A DNA stretch of 64,000 nt. Origin: Vermamoeba vermiformis (Eukaryota). How positions within the stretch are numbered: position 1 is the first letter of the stretch; each line of letters starts with the position of its first letter. The notes beneath the pieces were generated by a model. It made no database searches. It was given only the letters and a program-made list of their open reading frames with translations, and had not been told where the DNA came from. The stretch covers positions 248,001 through 312,000 of the forward strand of contig JBEWZL010000270.1 of NCBI GenBank assembly GCA_045837725.1, in the 5' to 3' direction. Shown piece by piece: positions 26,595 to 40,650 of the stretch. The position numbers and the translations under genes are program-made.

Positions 26595-27668
26595 ATGTCG
26601 ACAACACGCACTGCATTCCTATTTTTTATAGGAGCATTGGTTTATTTTGCCTCAGCTTCATATAAGCCCGCTTATTACCCTTATGGTCCCCAAGTAAACG
26701 TCTCTTTTGATCAGCTGATTGGATGGAAGCGCTGCTGGATGAACGTGTATAATAATCAATCCGATGGTGTTGAAGAGGTCTTCAATAAGTGCACTGGAGC
26801 GCATCTGCTCTACGGATGCCGAAACGGATCCAGTGTCGAAGCATTCACGGTGATGGCAGTAGGTCTTAGATCTATAATGATGAACGATACTGGAAGCGAC
26901 AACGAGGATCAAGTTTCAATTGATAACGGAGTTGGCTTCTACTTCAACAACGTGACGTCCATTGGCTTCATCAGAGCTGAAGATTCTGTCGGCAAAAATA
27001 CTTGCGATATGGACTCTACTAACGGCGAATATCGGCTATGTTGGCACACATCTTGTAAGTTCATACAAATTTTTTCGGCAAGTGAACGTTCTTTAACGTC
27101 AAGTTTTGCAGATTATCCAGAGGAAGGTGACACTGTTCCGACGTTTAAGGGCGGTTATCGATGCGGAGTGACTCAAGATCTTAACGACGACGCTCAATGG
27201 ATCCGTGAGATCTGGATGCCTGCTGATCCGTGTGAAGGAAAGAACGAAGGTGACTCTTGCGACGACTTCAATCCGTGCACAACTGCCACGACATGTCAAT
27301 CTGGTGTTTGCACTGGTGGCAAGCCTGCTTGTGGCTGTTTGGAGTGCGACACAACTCTTGGCTGCTTGACTACTCCTGTCGCTAACGGCACAACGTGTGA
27401 CGACGACAACTTGTGCACTCAAATTGACACGTGTCAATCTGGTGTTTGCGTTGGTTCATCGCCGAAAGTGTGCTTATCAGAACAACAATGCTTCAACTCG
27501 ACTTGTGTTCCGACAACAGGCAAATGCGAGCTTACTGCCATCGAAGACTGCGCTACGCCCACAGAGGCTGGTTCACGACCAACTTCACTTTCATCTAACG
27601 GACGGGAACTGACCACATCGCTAGTGTCAATGCTCGGTGTAACATTGATGGCTATAGCACTACTGTAA
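26595..27668 (+). CDS. Cys-rich surface protein, family A copy 3 (in-frame intron about 27055-27111)
   Basis: Paralogue of 12313-14816 genes; signal peptide, Cys repeats, hydrophobic tail; GTAAGT...GCAG intron at the conserved position. Confidence 0.8.
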   Translation: MSTTRTAFLFFIGALVYFASASYKPAYYPYGPQVNVSFDQLIGWKRCWMNVYNNQSDGVEEVFNKCTGAHLLYGCRNGSSVEAFTVMAVGLRSIMMNDTGSDNEDQVSIDNGVGFYFNNVTSIGFIRAEDSVGKNTCDMDSTNGEYRLCWHTSCKFIQIFSASERSLTSSFADYPEEGDTVPTFKGGYRCGVTQDLNDDAQWIREIWMPADPCEGKNEGDSCDDFNPCTTATTCQSGVCTGGKPACGCLECDTTLGCLTTPVANGTTCDDDNLCTQIDTCQSGVCVGSSPKVCLSEQQCFNSTCVPTTGKCELTAIEDCATPTEAGSRPTSLSSNGRELTTSLVSMLGVTLMAIALL

Positions 27669-27769
27669 ATAAAAATAAACTCCTCGAATTACACGTTAAA
27701 ACATTCACAAGCCAATTAATAGTTACTTCGCTAAAAACTAGTTTACTGTACATACTTAGATAAAGTCAC

Positions 27770-30700
27770 TCACGGAATGATTTTTTTCTGTTTCATTACA
27801 CTGCGCAAGTTATCCGCGTGCACGCAAGCAGACGCCAAGGCCCAAATCTTTTGATTGATGTGCAAGTGACCTAACGTCATCGTGTGCAATGTGTATCGCA
27901 ACAAAGTCACGTGCAACGCCAAAATGTCATTGGTGCCAATATCAATGTTCTTCATCAAACTGCGAATAGTCGACACTGTGTTCCATGCGCGCACAATGTG
28001 AGGTGTTTTAATGATCTCTGGTTTCTCGGCCAAAAATCCTTGAGGCACCGTCCTGCACGAGAAGACGTTAGCAATCATAACAAACAAAAAGTGATAAAAT
28101 TTGTACGTACTCGAAGGTCCTGTAGGCCTCTGTAATGGCCAGTGCTTCTTCGAGCTGATCGGAATTGTAGATCGAAGTTTCACAGTACATAATATCGTTC
28201 TCGACCTGTGAAAAATATTTCATAAGTCAAGTCTTACAAGCGAATCTAAGCCTCGCTCCTTTGTACCTTTAAGATATCTTTCCACACGTGGGCCTTAGCG
28301 GTAAAGAAGAAATCGATCAGCCAAATATTGTGATTCTCGTCGACCATGATATTTTGCAAGTTCAGATCACCTAAATTGAATACCAGTAAGAAAGACGCAA
28401 CGCGTAATTTAATGCACTAATATTTCCTTTTTAGGAAAGTTTGACTTACCGTGCACGAATGACAGCATGAAGCTTTGATCGCGACTCCATCGCTTCAAGA
28501 CTTCAAGTTCCTCTTGCATGAAGAACACGACGTTCTTGTACGAGTGCGTCGGATTGATGAACTCGAGCACAGGCTTCATAACATAATCGCCAATGTCAAC
28601 GCTGTTTTTGGCTCGTGGGCTGATGTTGCCTCCACTGTGCGAGTGCTCGTCATTGGATGAATTCAAATCGTGCGACTTTTCGCCGCTCTTTTCTTTCTGC
28701 GTCTTTTCAATGAGCTCTTCAAGTGCAATCATCGAGTCCATAATGCGCTTTTTGATGTGTGGAATAGAATCGGATCCACCTGCGCCTAAACCCCAGCCCT
28801 AATTTAATTACAGATTAATAAGTTGCAAGAGTATTAATCTTGATATATATTTAGCATTAGCTATCATAAAATGTTGAGGGACTATATTATGTAATCGTGA
28901 TAGGTTCAAAAAGTTGCGGATGTGCACGGATCTGTTGTGTACTTACCTTTCCATCAAACTCGTATTTAGCCAATAGATCAAATCTCTCTTCACGGCATCG
29001 CGTGTAGAATCGAGCCAAGACTTGACCGAAAATCTTCCTTAAGATCTTGTTGATCTGATCCTGTGCTTCGTTGGGCAACGAGTACAACGACTTAAATGAT
29101 ATAGTATTGCCTTCGTGCGATGCGAATGCAAATTTAATGCCTAAATATCCATTGTTAGTTCGTGCTATTTGATTTCTATATTTGGCTGAAGGTCACTTAC
29201 CGCCTCTAGTCTCCGACTCAGCAAAGCTTAATAAGGCAGGAGCATAGTTTCCTAAAATAGGCTCGACCTTCTCAAAGTTAATTCGTTCTTGCGCAATAGC
29301 GTCTCTAGGTCCTAACTTGATCACAAATGGACCTTGTTCGTGACCTTCAGCATCGTAGCCTGTCACGAGCAAGACACGTGCACCACTGAAACCTCCAGTC
29401 AACAACTTGTCAATCGAGACTCGCGTGCTATTGCGGAATAACATTCTGAGAGCAAAACGTTAGTCACGTGCAAGATCTGGTATGAAAATTTCGCGGATGT
29501 GACCCTTACCCCATGATCTTCTTGTCTTCAGAAAGCAACGAAACTTTGTCTTGAATTTCTGCAAAGAATGTAGGCTTGACCATGTACTCGAAGGTATTTG
29601 ATTTGTCAGGGAAGAGCCAATTAGCGTACTCAGCCACTGAGTCGAACACGTGGGTCTCGAGCAATGATTGGATCTGCTCAAGGGCGTTGAAATGCTTGCT
29701 GCGCGAGAAGCTAGCCGTGAGTGCGGAACACGTGGCAACTTGCTCGAAGACCATGCGTGTCTTGAGCTCGTAGATTGTGAAGTAAATCTTCGCGTCCGTC
29801 CAAACACCAACAACTCCCACGCGAATAGGTCGACCTTTGGCCTTCACTTTAGCAGCCTCCAAGATTTCTTTCAGATTGGTATTTTCTATAATCGAAGCAT
29901 TAGCCAGGTACATCATAATACAAGCCCTTTCCTAAAAAGGAAGTACTTCGTTACTTACCGAAATCGTTCAGACCAGTGCCGTCGACGATGAACTCGTTCT
30001 CTTGCAATTTCAAGTCACCCCAGACAAAGTCGCAGCCCTTGGTGCCTTTAATGCAATGCGGGCCAAACCTGTCCAAGTGTGCCTTTTGAGAGTGATCTTT
30101 GTCATCGTGATAGTCACGGATCTACACGAATTGTCAGTAATGATTAAACACTGCACCCGATACTACTCACGTGAATAATAGTCGTGTTTCTAACTTGCTG
30201 CTTCTTAGCGTGTAATAGAAGCTGGATCATAGGTCCTAAATCATAGTTAGTAAAAAAGTACTGAAAAATCAACTGGTGTTCCACATGCCTTCAGCAGGGT
30301 TGTCGCCTAAAATTCTTCGTGCCTCTTTGTGGCCAATGTGCAGCGTTGACGGCAAGGGCTCATTCTCGTTGAGCACGGAGCAGAAATCGTTTTGGAATGA
30401 TTGTGTGATGAAGATGGTGTAGACTCCAGTTGATGGATTGGCACGGTAAAGATTGGTCAAGAACAACAAATTCGTTTTCACATTGCCCTGGTAAGAAGTA
30501 CATTAATACGGATATGATAATATAGATATCGAGATGTTACTTACCGTCAAAATATCGTCGACAGTGATGAGCACTTTAATGCCCATCTTCTTGGCAGACT
30601 CAACGACCAACCACGCACGAGCTCGGTCAGTCATTGTGGACAACTCAGGCAGTGTTTGCAAACCAGCCTTAGCGCCGCCAGTCACGTGCAACAAAATCAA

Positions 30701-33196
30701 GTAGTTCTCGCCGCTTTGGAAATCTGCGCCAATATCTCGCGCCACCTTGTTGAAGTTCTTCAAGTGCAAGTTGACCCAAGCCAATAAGTCACTGCTCAAT
30801 TCAGGTGTATTTGCCAAGTGTCTCTTGCCCGCGTTAATCGTCGGAAACGCGCCAGAAGTGCGTCGCTTGAGTAACTGGGATTGTCTCAATGGAGCACCTG
30901 TCGAGACCACCTCTTGATCACGGCCAGTGTTGACAATATCAGGAATATCTGACACGACCCAATAGACATAAATCTATTCAACCAATCAACGTTAGCACGT
31001 GTAATTTATTAGTCACCAAATGTATTTTCTTTACTTACTCTGAGCATTTGCCAAACGAATTCCAAAAGTGAGCCAGGCTATAATAATACAAATATTAGAC
31101 CGAGCGATATTAATTTTCAGGTACCTTTCGCAGGATCTCGTTGACGTCAGGCACGTCACAACCAAATTCATTAGCCAAATTGACAGCGGTCTCCAAGTAA
31201 GTGTCTTGATTGAGACCACTCAAATATCGCTCGTTGAATACATTCGAATCGAGTTGAGGACCAATGTTTGCCAATAATTTGCTGCAGGCAAAAAATATTA
31301 ATAGAAGCTCTTTAGACGGCATATAAATTAACGTAATTGCCGTGCAACTCATTTTTTCGACAAATTAATTTTGCGATACAACGTGTCAGCTAAAGAAGTT
31401 TAACACGTGGTCAAATAAAAATCACGTGATCTGAAAGTTTTTGAACGATGACTCATCGATGAAAAATTACACTTACCAAGGAATAAGACCATTCTTGATC
31501 GTGTCTACGAATCCATTTACATCTTCAGGGTTGAATGGCAAGTAATGACGAAGTGACAGATCCTCGCCTAAGAGCGCGTTGATTTGTTGAGCAAATACTC
31601 TGGCCTCAAGTCTTTGTCTGGGATTTAATCCAAAATCGTCATAATACAATACCTATATTAATAATAGACATTAGGCTCGGTTAAGATTTTCACCAAAATG
31701 TAAGGAAAAATGAGATCTGGATGTACTTACGCCTTTGTACTTTTGAGCAGTGAAGCACGTCAAGTCCCATATTTGCGAAGGGTGCTTCGAATTTACTGGC
31801 GACGAAATCAATCGAGCGCCGTAGAGATTTGACGAGGACTTCAACTTGGCACCACTAACACGAACAAGTTAGATCTGGTTACAATGGACTGCACTAAACT
31901 AAGCTCGAACTTACCCTTTCATATCATAAAGGGCCACTTCTAGGGCTTCGGAACTTTCCAAATTAAGCAATTGTGCGCCGTTGTAAGTCCATTTTTGGTT
32001 CGGAGCGGCACGTGACAAGAAAATGATCAAATTCTTGTGCAGTCTGGACGAAGAGTCTAATACAAGTCCCGAGAATACACTTTCGATAATACCATCTTTT
32101 CTGAATCTCCACAATTGATTCGTATTCCTGTATAGAACGTTAGATCTGGATGCGATTTCACCAAATAAGGAAATGTTAGCACGTACCAGGGATGATGATG
32201 CTTCAATCTAAACATGACAACAGGCGTGCCTGGCTCTTTTTTCTTGTAATAAACATCGAGCACGAGGTTCGTGTCGCGTAATTGGATGTAAAACGGGATC
32301 GGCAAATACTCGAACTGCCAGTTGCTATAAAGATGCAATTCAGTTTTGCTAGGCATATCAATCCATTCAAGGTCTGGAGCCACGTCGCTGTCTTCATTTG
32401 CAGCCTGAACTATTGCAATCTTTCGGAGGTACGTGTTCATAAAGAAGAAGTGATCGTAAGGTACGAATCGTTGCATGTATGAATTTGTCTCATCCTCATC
32501 TTTTCCAAGCACCAAGGCCTTGACTATCAGCGTCACTTTATCTTTTTCTATTGAAGAATAAAATAGTTAGCGAGATCGTACTTTCAAAATAAAATTTTTA
32601 TCGATAAAGTGTGATTATGGAATTGCAGCTCATCAATATTTATGACGTCAAACTTGAAAAATTATAGTATATTTACCCGATTTTAATGTGAGCACTAAGC
32701 CCTGTTTTCCGACGCTTTGGATCGATCCGTCAGTGCGCCACCTCCAAAGTTGCTTTTCACAATCTGCGGGCTCAAACGTTTGCTTTGCGAGCTTGACTAA
32801 CGCGCCACTAGCGAAATCATCGGTTTCGAAGACCCAATTCGTACCTGAAATAAAGTTAAATTTCAGTCGTGATCGGATGTTTTTATTCTGTTATTCTTAG
32901 CTGAATTATTTTTTGCTTATTTTTTGAAAATTGTAAGAACTCTTACCTCGTAGCTTAATGTAGAAGGGCGGAGAACAGTACTCGTTTGCTGCAGAACCAG
33001 ATTTAGATAATGGGTTAACAACACGTTCCACCAAATCTACGACATGGTTATATCGTGCACAAATATCAAAAATATTTTAAAAATAATTTCCTTCATTATT
33101 CAATTCGTTTACAACTTTTCGTTACCAGATGAAATCTGGAACGTTACCTTTGGCCAAACGAGCCACTATTGGAGATTTGACATTATCCTTCTCCAT
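27770..33196 (-). CDS. Multidomain protein: ricin-B lectin x2 - fimbrin/plastin-like CH1-CH2 - isochorismatase-fold domain - TCAD9/APH-like phosphotransferase; many exons
   Basis: QLW/QKW/QIW ricin motifs; CH motifs FAQQINALLGED...LPFNP...IKNGLIPCKLL, PGSLLEFVWQMLR, LLAWVNLHL..DFQSGENYLILL, GNVKTNLLFLTNLY; ITQSFQNDF, IRDYH, GPHCIKGT, GVWTDAKI; LTGGFSGARVLLV..FVIKLG, HGDLNLQNIMVD..IWLIDF..KDILKVEND; splice junctions between domains checked in frame. Confidence 0.85.
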
Positions 33197-34283
33197 TTGA
33201 TGGATGTATTGTCCCTCACGTTGTGTTGTGCCGGGACCTGCCTTTAACTTTAAAACGGGTAAATTTCAGGACGAGAGAACACCGCTCCAATTAATGAGCC
33301 GAATTTAATATTTAAAATTGAAGTAATACCAACTGTAAACATTAAGGTGCACCCACTGTAGGAAGCAAATCAGTAGCGACGTGCTTTATACACTCAATTA
33401 TTTGAATTTCGAGGCAAATCCGACAAAAACTAGCTCGACTGCCTCGTCAACTAACGTAGTGAATTACTGCATGAATTTCTTCTTATTTAATATCAGAATA
33501 GGAATTTTCAGAATAATTAGAGTTTAAACCTTGGGCGCTTTTTGTTTCGGCCTCCTCGCCTCCTTATAAAATGTTGAATTTGTATCGACACGGGTTATTG
33601 TTGCCGCGAGAACGCGTGCTCGGCTTTGGCTAGTCCTCAGGACAAAAGATAAAAAGATATTGGATCGACTCACAAAGTGATATCTTTTTAAAAATTAAAA
33701 CGAGCAATTTAGATATTAAGCCGTTGACTATACTTCGCGTCATAAACTGAAAAATAAATATTTTCTAATTTTCCTACACCAAAAAATGATTTGTAAACGA
33801 GATGATCCGGAGGGGCCAGCTGTATTTGACGCACGAACCACTCCCACGTACCTCAAGCAACATTGCTATTCGTTTCCTGCAAGCGATGGGTAAATTTCGA
33901 AATTGAAACGCGGTCTAATTTGCGAGTTGGAATAATTAAAATTAATTTTTACATCTATTCATGGTGAGTGCGGTAGAAGAACTTACATCCCTTCAGCCAT
34001 AACAGTACGAGTACGAACTTCGAAGAAAGAGCAAATGACACGAGCGCTACTCGGCTACGCATTAAAAAAAGGCAGATCAACGTGGTTTGTCTGGATGGCT
34101 CGCAGTTGATCAGGTTCTCGTGCGTCTTGCACTCACAAACAGGCACCTCTTGGCCAGACAACGTTCGCGCAATCTTGTGTACGAGATTCGATTTGCCTTA
34201 TTGGGAGCCATCACGTGACTTTCCGCGCAGTATTTGCCAGAGAACGCGAAATTTCAGTCACCACAGAAAATCTCGTCGAGAGC

Positions 34284-35476
<1,193 letters not shown>

Positions 35477-35680
35477 ATTATTTGATCGCCTACGAGCATC
35501 TTGTAACATTAAAAACCCATAAAAATACACAAATTAAAAAAATATCGAGTCCTTTATTCAATTTACTAGTTCCTAACTCTTCGTTGCGACTTAAACTAAT
35601 ATTGCAGACACGTCGCATAGTGATTTATTATGCGAGTTACCGTTAATTTTTATTCGAACCGTTGCGCAACGAAGACCACA

Positions 35681-36874
35681 ATGGACAATCAACACTGCTT
35701 GTTCGACCAGCTTCCTTCAGAGCTTAATGTATTCATAATTAGGATGTTGGACACGCATACTATAATAAGGTATAGTTTGTTGCGAAGAAAATTGAACTCG
35801 AACTACAATTATAATTATTTAAAAATGAAAATTAAATATTTAATTCTGTATTTATTCACGCAGAACGTCTACGACTTGCAAGCGATGGCTAAATAATGCC
35901 AAGTGGGTTACTGATTTGGATATTTTGATGACATCCAAAAACGAAAAACTAATTGCCACCGAAGAACCGCCAATAGATTGGAATGCTGTTGGCTGTACTC
36001 TAAAAAAATTTTCTCCTGCTAAAATACGGTCTTTGGCTTTCGAGCTCAGACCTAATCCGCTTTACAGTACTTTCCCTGTTGCTAAACGTACGTTCCTTAT
36101 ATATGTAATACTAAGCTTATTCTAACAATATTATTAATAGATTTTATTCGTAATTTGACCTGCTTAGAGTCGCTGACAATTAGCAGTTGTCTTATTTCAC
36201 CGTTCTATGTGAGCTGCCGGCAAATGACTGAGTTACATGTACTTGGAATAATTCCTTGCCGCGATGATTTTGCGGATTGCGTTAAAGGACTGACGAATTT
36301 GGAAAAGCTGTCATTTCAGATGGGAAACCATTTCGTACATTCTCTCGATTTCGGATTTGTCAGATGGGGAGGACTGCCAAACTGCACGTGGTTGAAAATA
36401 CGTGACGGCAATGCATCTTGGAATATGTACATGGGTTTGATGACTCAGCTAAAGCATTTGTATATGGAGAACGCGTACATTGACGACCATCGGTTCGACC
36501 AGTACACAACATTGACTAATTTGGAAGTGCTAAGCCTGACCGGACTAAAATCGCAAGCTCCGCTTTCGAATTCGGAAAAGAAATTCTACTTGGATCGTCC
36601 TCCACGAATTTCAAATCCGCATCCGATCAGTGGCTTGCGACACTTGACTACCTTGAGGAGCTTGACTTATTTGGATATTTCAGAAATACGAGAGCCTATT
36701 AGTATGCAAGAATCCGATACATACAGTTCGGAATTTGACGTGGCCGAGTACCTTAGGCATTGGCCAAAGTTAAAGACTATCAACCTTACTGGCACTAATA
36801 TTGGCGAGGTAAATGAAGAGAGACTACGCAATATTGATGGTTTGACGATTGAGAAGCAAAATTGGACCGTTTAA
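35681..36874 (+). CDS. F-box + LRR protein (different subfamily), 3 exons
   Basis: FDQLPSELNVFIIRMLDTHTIIR|TSTTCKRWL F-box followed by LRRs (LTNLEKLSF, LTNLEVLSL, LRSLTYLDIS). Confidence 0.8.
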
Positions 36875-36949
36875 ATACTCTTTGTAACGGCTGTCAGTTA
36901 CGCGATCTTTTTACGTGAATCCGATGTGTTAGTGGTTCAATGCTCTTTA

Positions 36950-38643
36950 TTAAAACATCGCAATGCCTTCTTCACTATCGCTGTCTTCCTCTTTTTTAAT
37001 TTCTTGTGGCGCATCTGGCGTCACGATTGGCGCTTTGTCCTCGAATTCAAAATTGTTATTAAAGTCTTCAGCCGATGTGGCAATATGAATCTCTTCCTTA
37101 TGTTCATTTCCGTCGCCTTCGCGTTGCTTTTTAGCTGCCGCACTCGCTGCTTGGCGTGCTCGAAGTGCTTCAATATCGCGCTTCTTTTGCTCTGGATCCT
37201 CCGTGTAACTTCTGATATTGAAGTTAGGAAACTTTGCCGCGTCGACTACGCTCAACCCACACGTTGTCTATAATAGAATAATATTATTAGTATCGCGTAA
37301 CAAGTGAGCTATGTGATCCGGATCCCGATCTTACCTTGAAGACTTCAACGATGATAAGCTTATCAGGGTTATTTAAATCGACTATATTAGGTCTTCCCAC
37401 TTGCATAACTAACGCTTTAGTGATGACATCTTTCTTCATGCTCGTGTTGTTACGATTTCTGTACTCAATTTTGAACTGCGAAAAAAATTAGTACACGTGC
37501 TGGATCCAGCACAATTGGATATTAAATTGTAAATATAGGTCATTTATATAGTATGTGTTCGTGCTTACTCGAAGGGGCTTGCCAGCGTTCGCGAAATCGG
37601 CTGCAATAATTTCCTTGGCGACATTAGTAATGATATCTTTGCCAGCGTGACACGTCTTCAAAATCGGAAAAACTTTGTTCGTGAATCGCGTGCGGGGCTG
37701 GCCTCCTTCTTTTAAATCTGCAAAGATCTTTTGTAAGAACTCTCGTGGGTCAATTCTGTCATCAGCGATCCGAATAAACACAATGTTTTTGCATTTAGCG
37801 TTGAACCTACGATAGGACCGATTAGAGAAATTTCCTTATATGGTAATGGGTATTGTAATATTACTTGAAAAATCGTTTGTGCTTCTTTTGTCTGGCTTCG
37901 CTGATCTCTTTCGCTAACTGATCGTGGATGTTCAATTCCTTAGTGTCGTTATTATTATCATCCTTATTCTCTGTCTTAGTCTTAATATTCTTTTCATCGT
38001 TATTCTCATTGCCGTCTTTTTCATCGTGTTGTTCTTCCTCTTCTTGTTGCTGATCTTCCTTGATCGCATTTTCATCGATTGGATAATATTTATCAGCGAC
38101 CTAATAAAATAATACGTATTAATATATTATAATTGTTACTAATCTGATATTGTCTTACCTCGTTCATAATATCTAACATTTCTTGAACGCACTTGTTTTC
38201 TCTCGCCATATCGCAGGTAATTAAAAATCCTTTGAGTCCATCTTCCAAATTAGGCACTCTAGGGCGTGGAGGAGCATTGGGGTCTTTTGGTTTTCTTTCT
38301 GTATTTGGTTGTTGGCCTTCTTGGTTTTCGTTGGATGCATCTGCGTTCGTGTCACCTTGTCCGCCTTCACTCGTCGATTGATCTTGGGTCTTGCGTTTTT
38401 TCTATAATTTTATACAATTTTTTAGAACGAGATCAAAAAATAAACTGCGATCCGATCGCGAAAATTAAATAAAATAATTTAAAACGATCTATAATCACAG
38501 CACAATAATAATAATAATCTTACTTGTTTTTTCCAGTTATTTTCCCATTTTCCTTTACGTTTCTGACCGGGTGCAGCGTTTTCGTCTGATCCGCCTTCTA
38601 CCTTCACTTCCTTCTCAACTTTAGGTTGGTTATCGGTCTCCAT
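36950..38643 (-). CDS. THUMPD1: THUMP domain-containing protein 1 (Tan1, tRNA acetylation adaptor), multi-exon
   Basis: KGFLITCDMARENKCVQEMLDI, NIVFIR, RTRFTNKVFPI..TC, FKIEYRNRNN, VDLNNPDKLIIVEVFKTTCGLSVV...FNI. Confidence 0.88.
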
Positions 38644-38804
38644 GGTGTTCTATATTTATAATTTATAAAAATTGGCCTCCCAAGTTAGATTTAGTCATGA
38701 CTTAACCTCGCGTTGAAAAAAAATTTGGTCAATCAGTTTTCTTTTAGAAACACTATGTTAACAATACTAAGGGTCTTAAATACACCTGTAAATAATTGAC
38801 ATCG

Positions 38805-40650
38805 ATGTATAGCCAATTTGTATCAAAGACAAGCGAGCTGACCCGGATCTCACGGAGTTTTATTTTAAAAAATTTCCCTGCGCCTCAAACGCAAAAAAGA
38901 ACGTATAGAAATATTACTAGAAGGTAATTATCCGCAAATAAAATATTAAAGTTATTTCTATTATTTTGCAAACTAATACTCGAATAATTACAAATTATTA
39001 ACTCTTCTTTTTACGAATAGAGACTGATATAAAGCTTTTAGGTTTATTAAATTGACAATTAATCCGAAGAAAAAGGCTGCATCGAAGTTGAACGTCAAAT
39101 CTGAGAGTGACATCCATTTAGGCGCCAAAAACCACATTAAAGAAGAGGTAAGACTACAATAGTCATAAGAATAATACCAATAACAATGCTAATATTATTT
39201 CAGCTGAGTCACACGAATAAACTCTCAATCGCACGTGTCTGCACAACAAAGCAAGATCTCGAGCACATTGCAATAGCGCCGTTCTGGACTTGTTCGCATT
39301 TGTTAGTGGTACGTATATACTATCTATTAAATTATATAACATGCGATTATCCGATATATTGGGTCCTAAATAAATTCACTCAACTTATCATGGCGAGTAC
39401 GAGGACGCATGTCTAACCTTTGTATTTCCTTTTTAGGAAAAAGATTGGCTGAAAGGATTTAACAAGGCAGAGACCGAGTATCGAATGAAACGGATAGGCA
39501 TTCCTGATGTAGCCCTATTAGACCGCGATACAGACAAAGTTGTCGGTCTAGTCGAAGGTACGTAACAATCAACATCGTTGGTAATATTAATATTATGGAC
39601 AGTATTATATACGAGTAAAATGAGCAACACGAAGATCAACCTGTTGAATAAATCAAAAATTCCGTGGGTCGAAACCAAAGCGGAGGACGTCATGGGCTGG
39701 ACTGGTGCTGACCCACTAATTGCTTATAGAAGCTCAGAGCCCGTAAGTATACATATAGTAACGCCTTCTATAATATAACAACATATAGTCTATATAATCG
39801 TTTTTACAATGGATAAGCAGTGCGTAAAAGTGACACTTTGACTTGTCATTTTTGGCACGATGAAACTTTAATACAAATTTACAACGTCATATACTTCTTA
39901 ATGATTATTATTGTTAGAGTGAATAATTACTATTGATACTAAATGATCGTTCATAGGACTGGCAGTGTAACGCATGCAAAGAAATTAATTGGCAGAACGT
40001 GACATTGGAAAGAATTGCCGCCATTGTTGATGTGTATCCGAAGACTGGTTGGAGCTCAAAATTTTACCGAAAAGTCTTTGCGATATTTCAAGACGTTCGG
40101 GCATTGCCAAACAAGTAAGTTTATTCGCTCGACAAGTCTTTGCAGAAATTTTATTAACTATGAAAACTAATTTTGTAGTGCTGAGGAGCTTGCTGATCGA
40201 TATTATCTAGTCGAAGGTACTTATATGGTATTGGATGGCTGGAACATCGTCGAATGCGAAAGTTTTCTACGCGGCGCAGTTCAGTTCAGTGAATCGTACG
40301 AAAAAATTATTGGAAAAGAGCCGATTTTTTTAGACGGACTTCATTTTGCCTTAAACGAGGACCAAGCGATGATTTTGTTGCAAGATCTGATGAATACAAA
40401 TTTGAATAATTGGAAACAATCTCCGACGAGATATTCGATCGATGACAGCGTACTAAAATGGCCCGGTCTATCGTTGCGACAAATTTTCCATCAAAAAGAC
40501 TCCAAAGGAACTTTATCAAAAGTAGTTAATGTCCAAAATTATCAAAGTTTACCGACTTTGTACCCGACAATAGCACGTCTATTCGGGTATAACATTCCTT
40601 GGCTGAAAAACAACGCGAAACCAGGCCCGAAAAAACTTGTACAGAAATAA
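38805..40650 (+). CDS. Putative CoiA-like PD-(D/E)xK nuclease-domain protein, multi-exon
   Basis: Spliced motifs ESDIHLGAK, AETEYRMKRIGIPDVALLD...VGLVEVLYTSKM..KI...IPWVETKA, WQCNAC. Confidence 0.55.
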
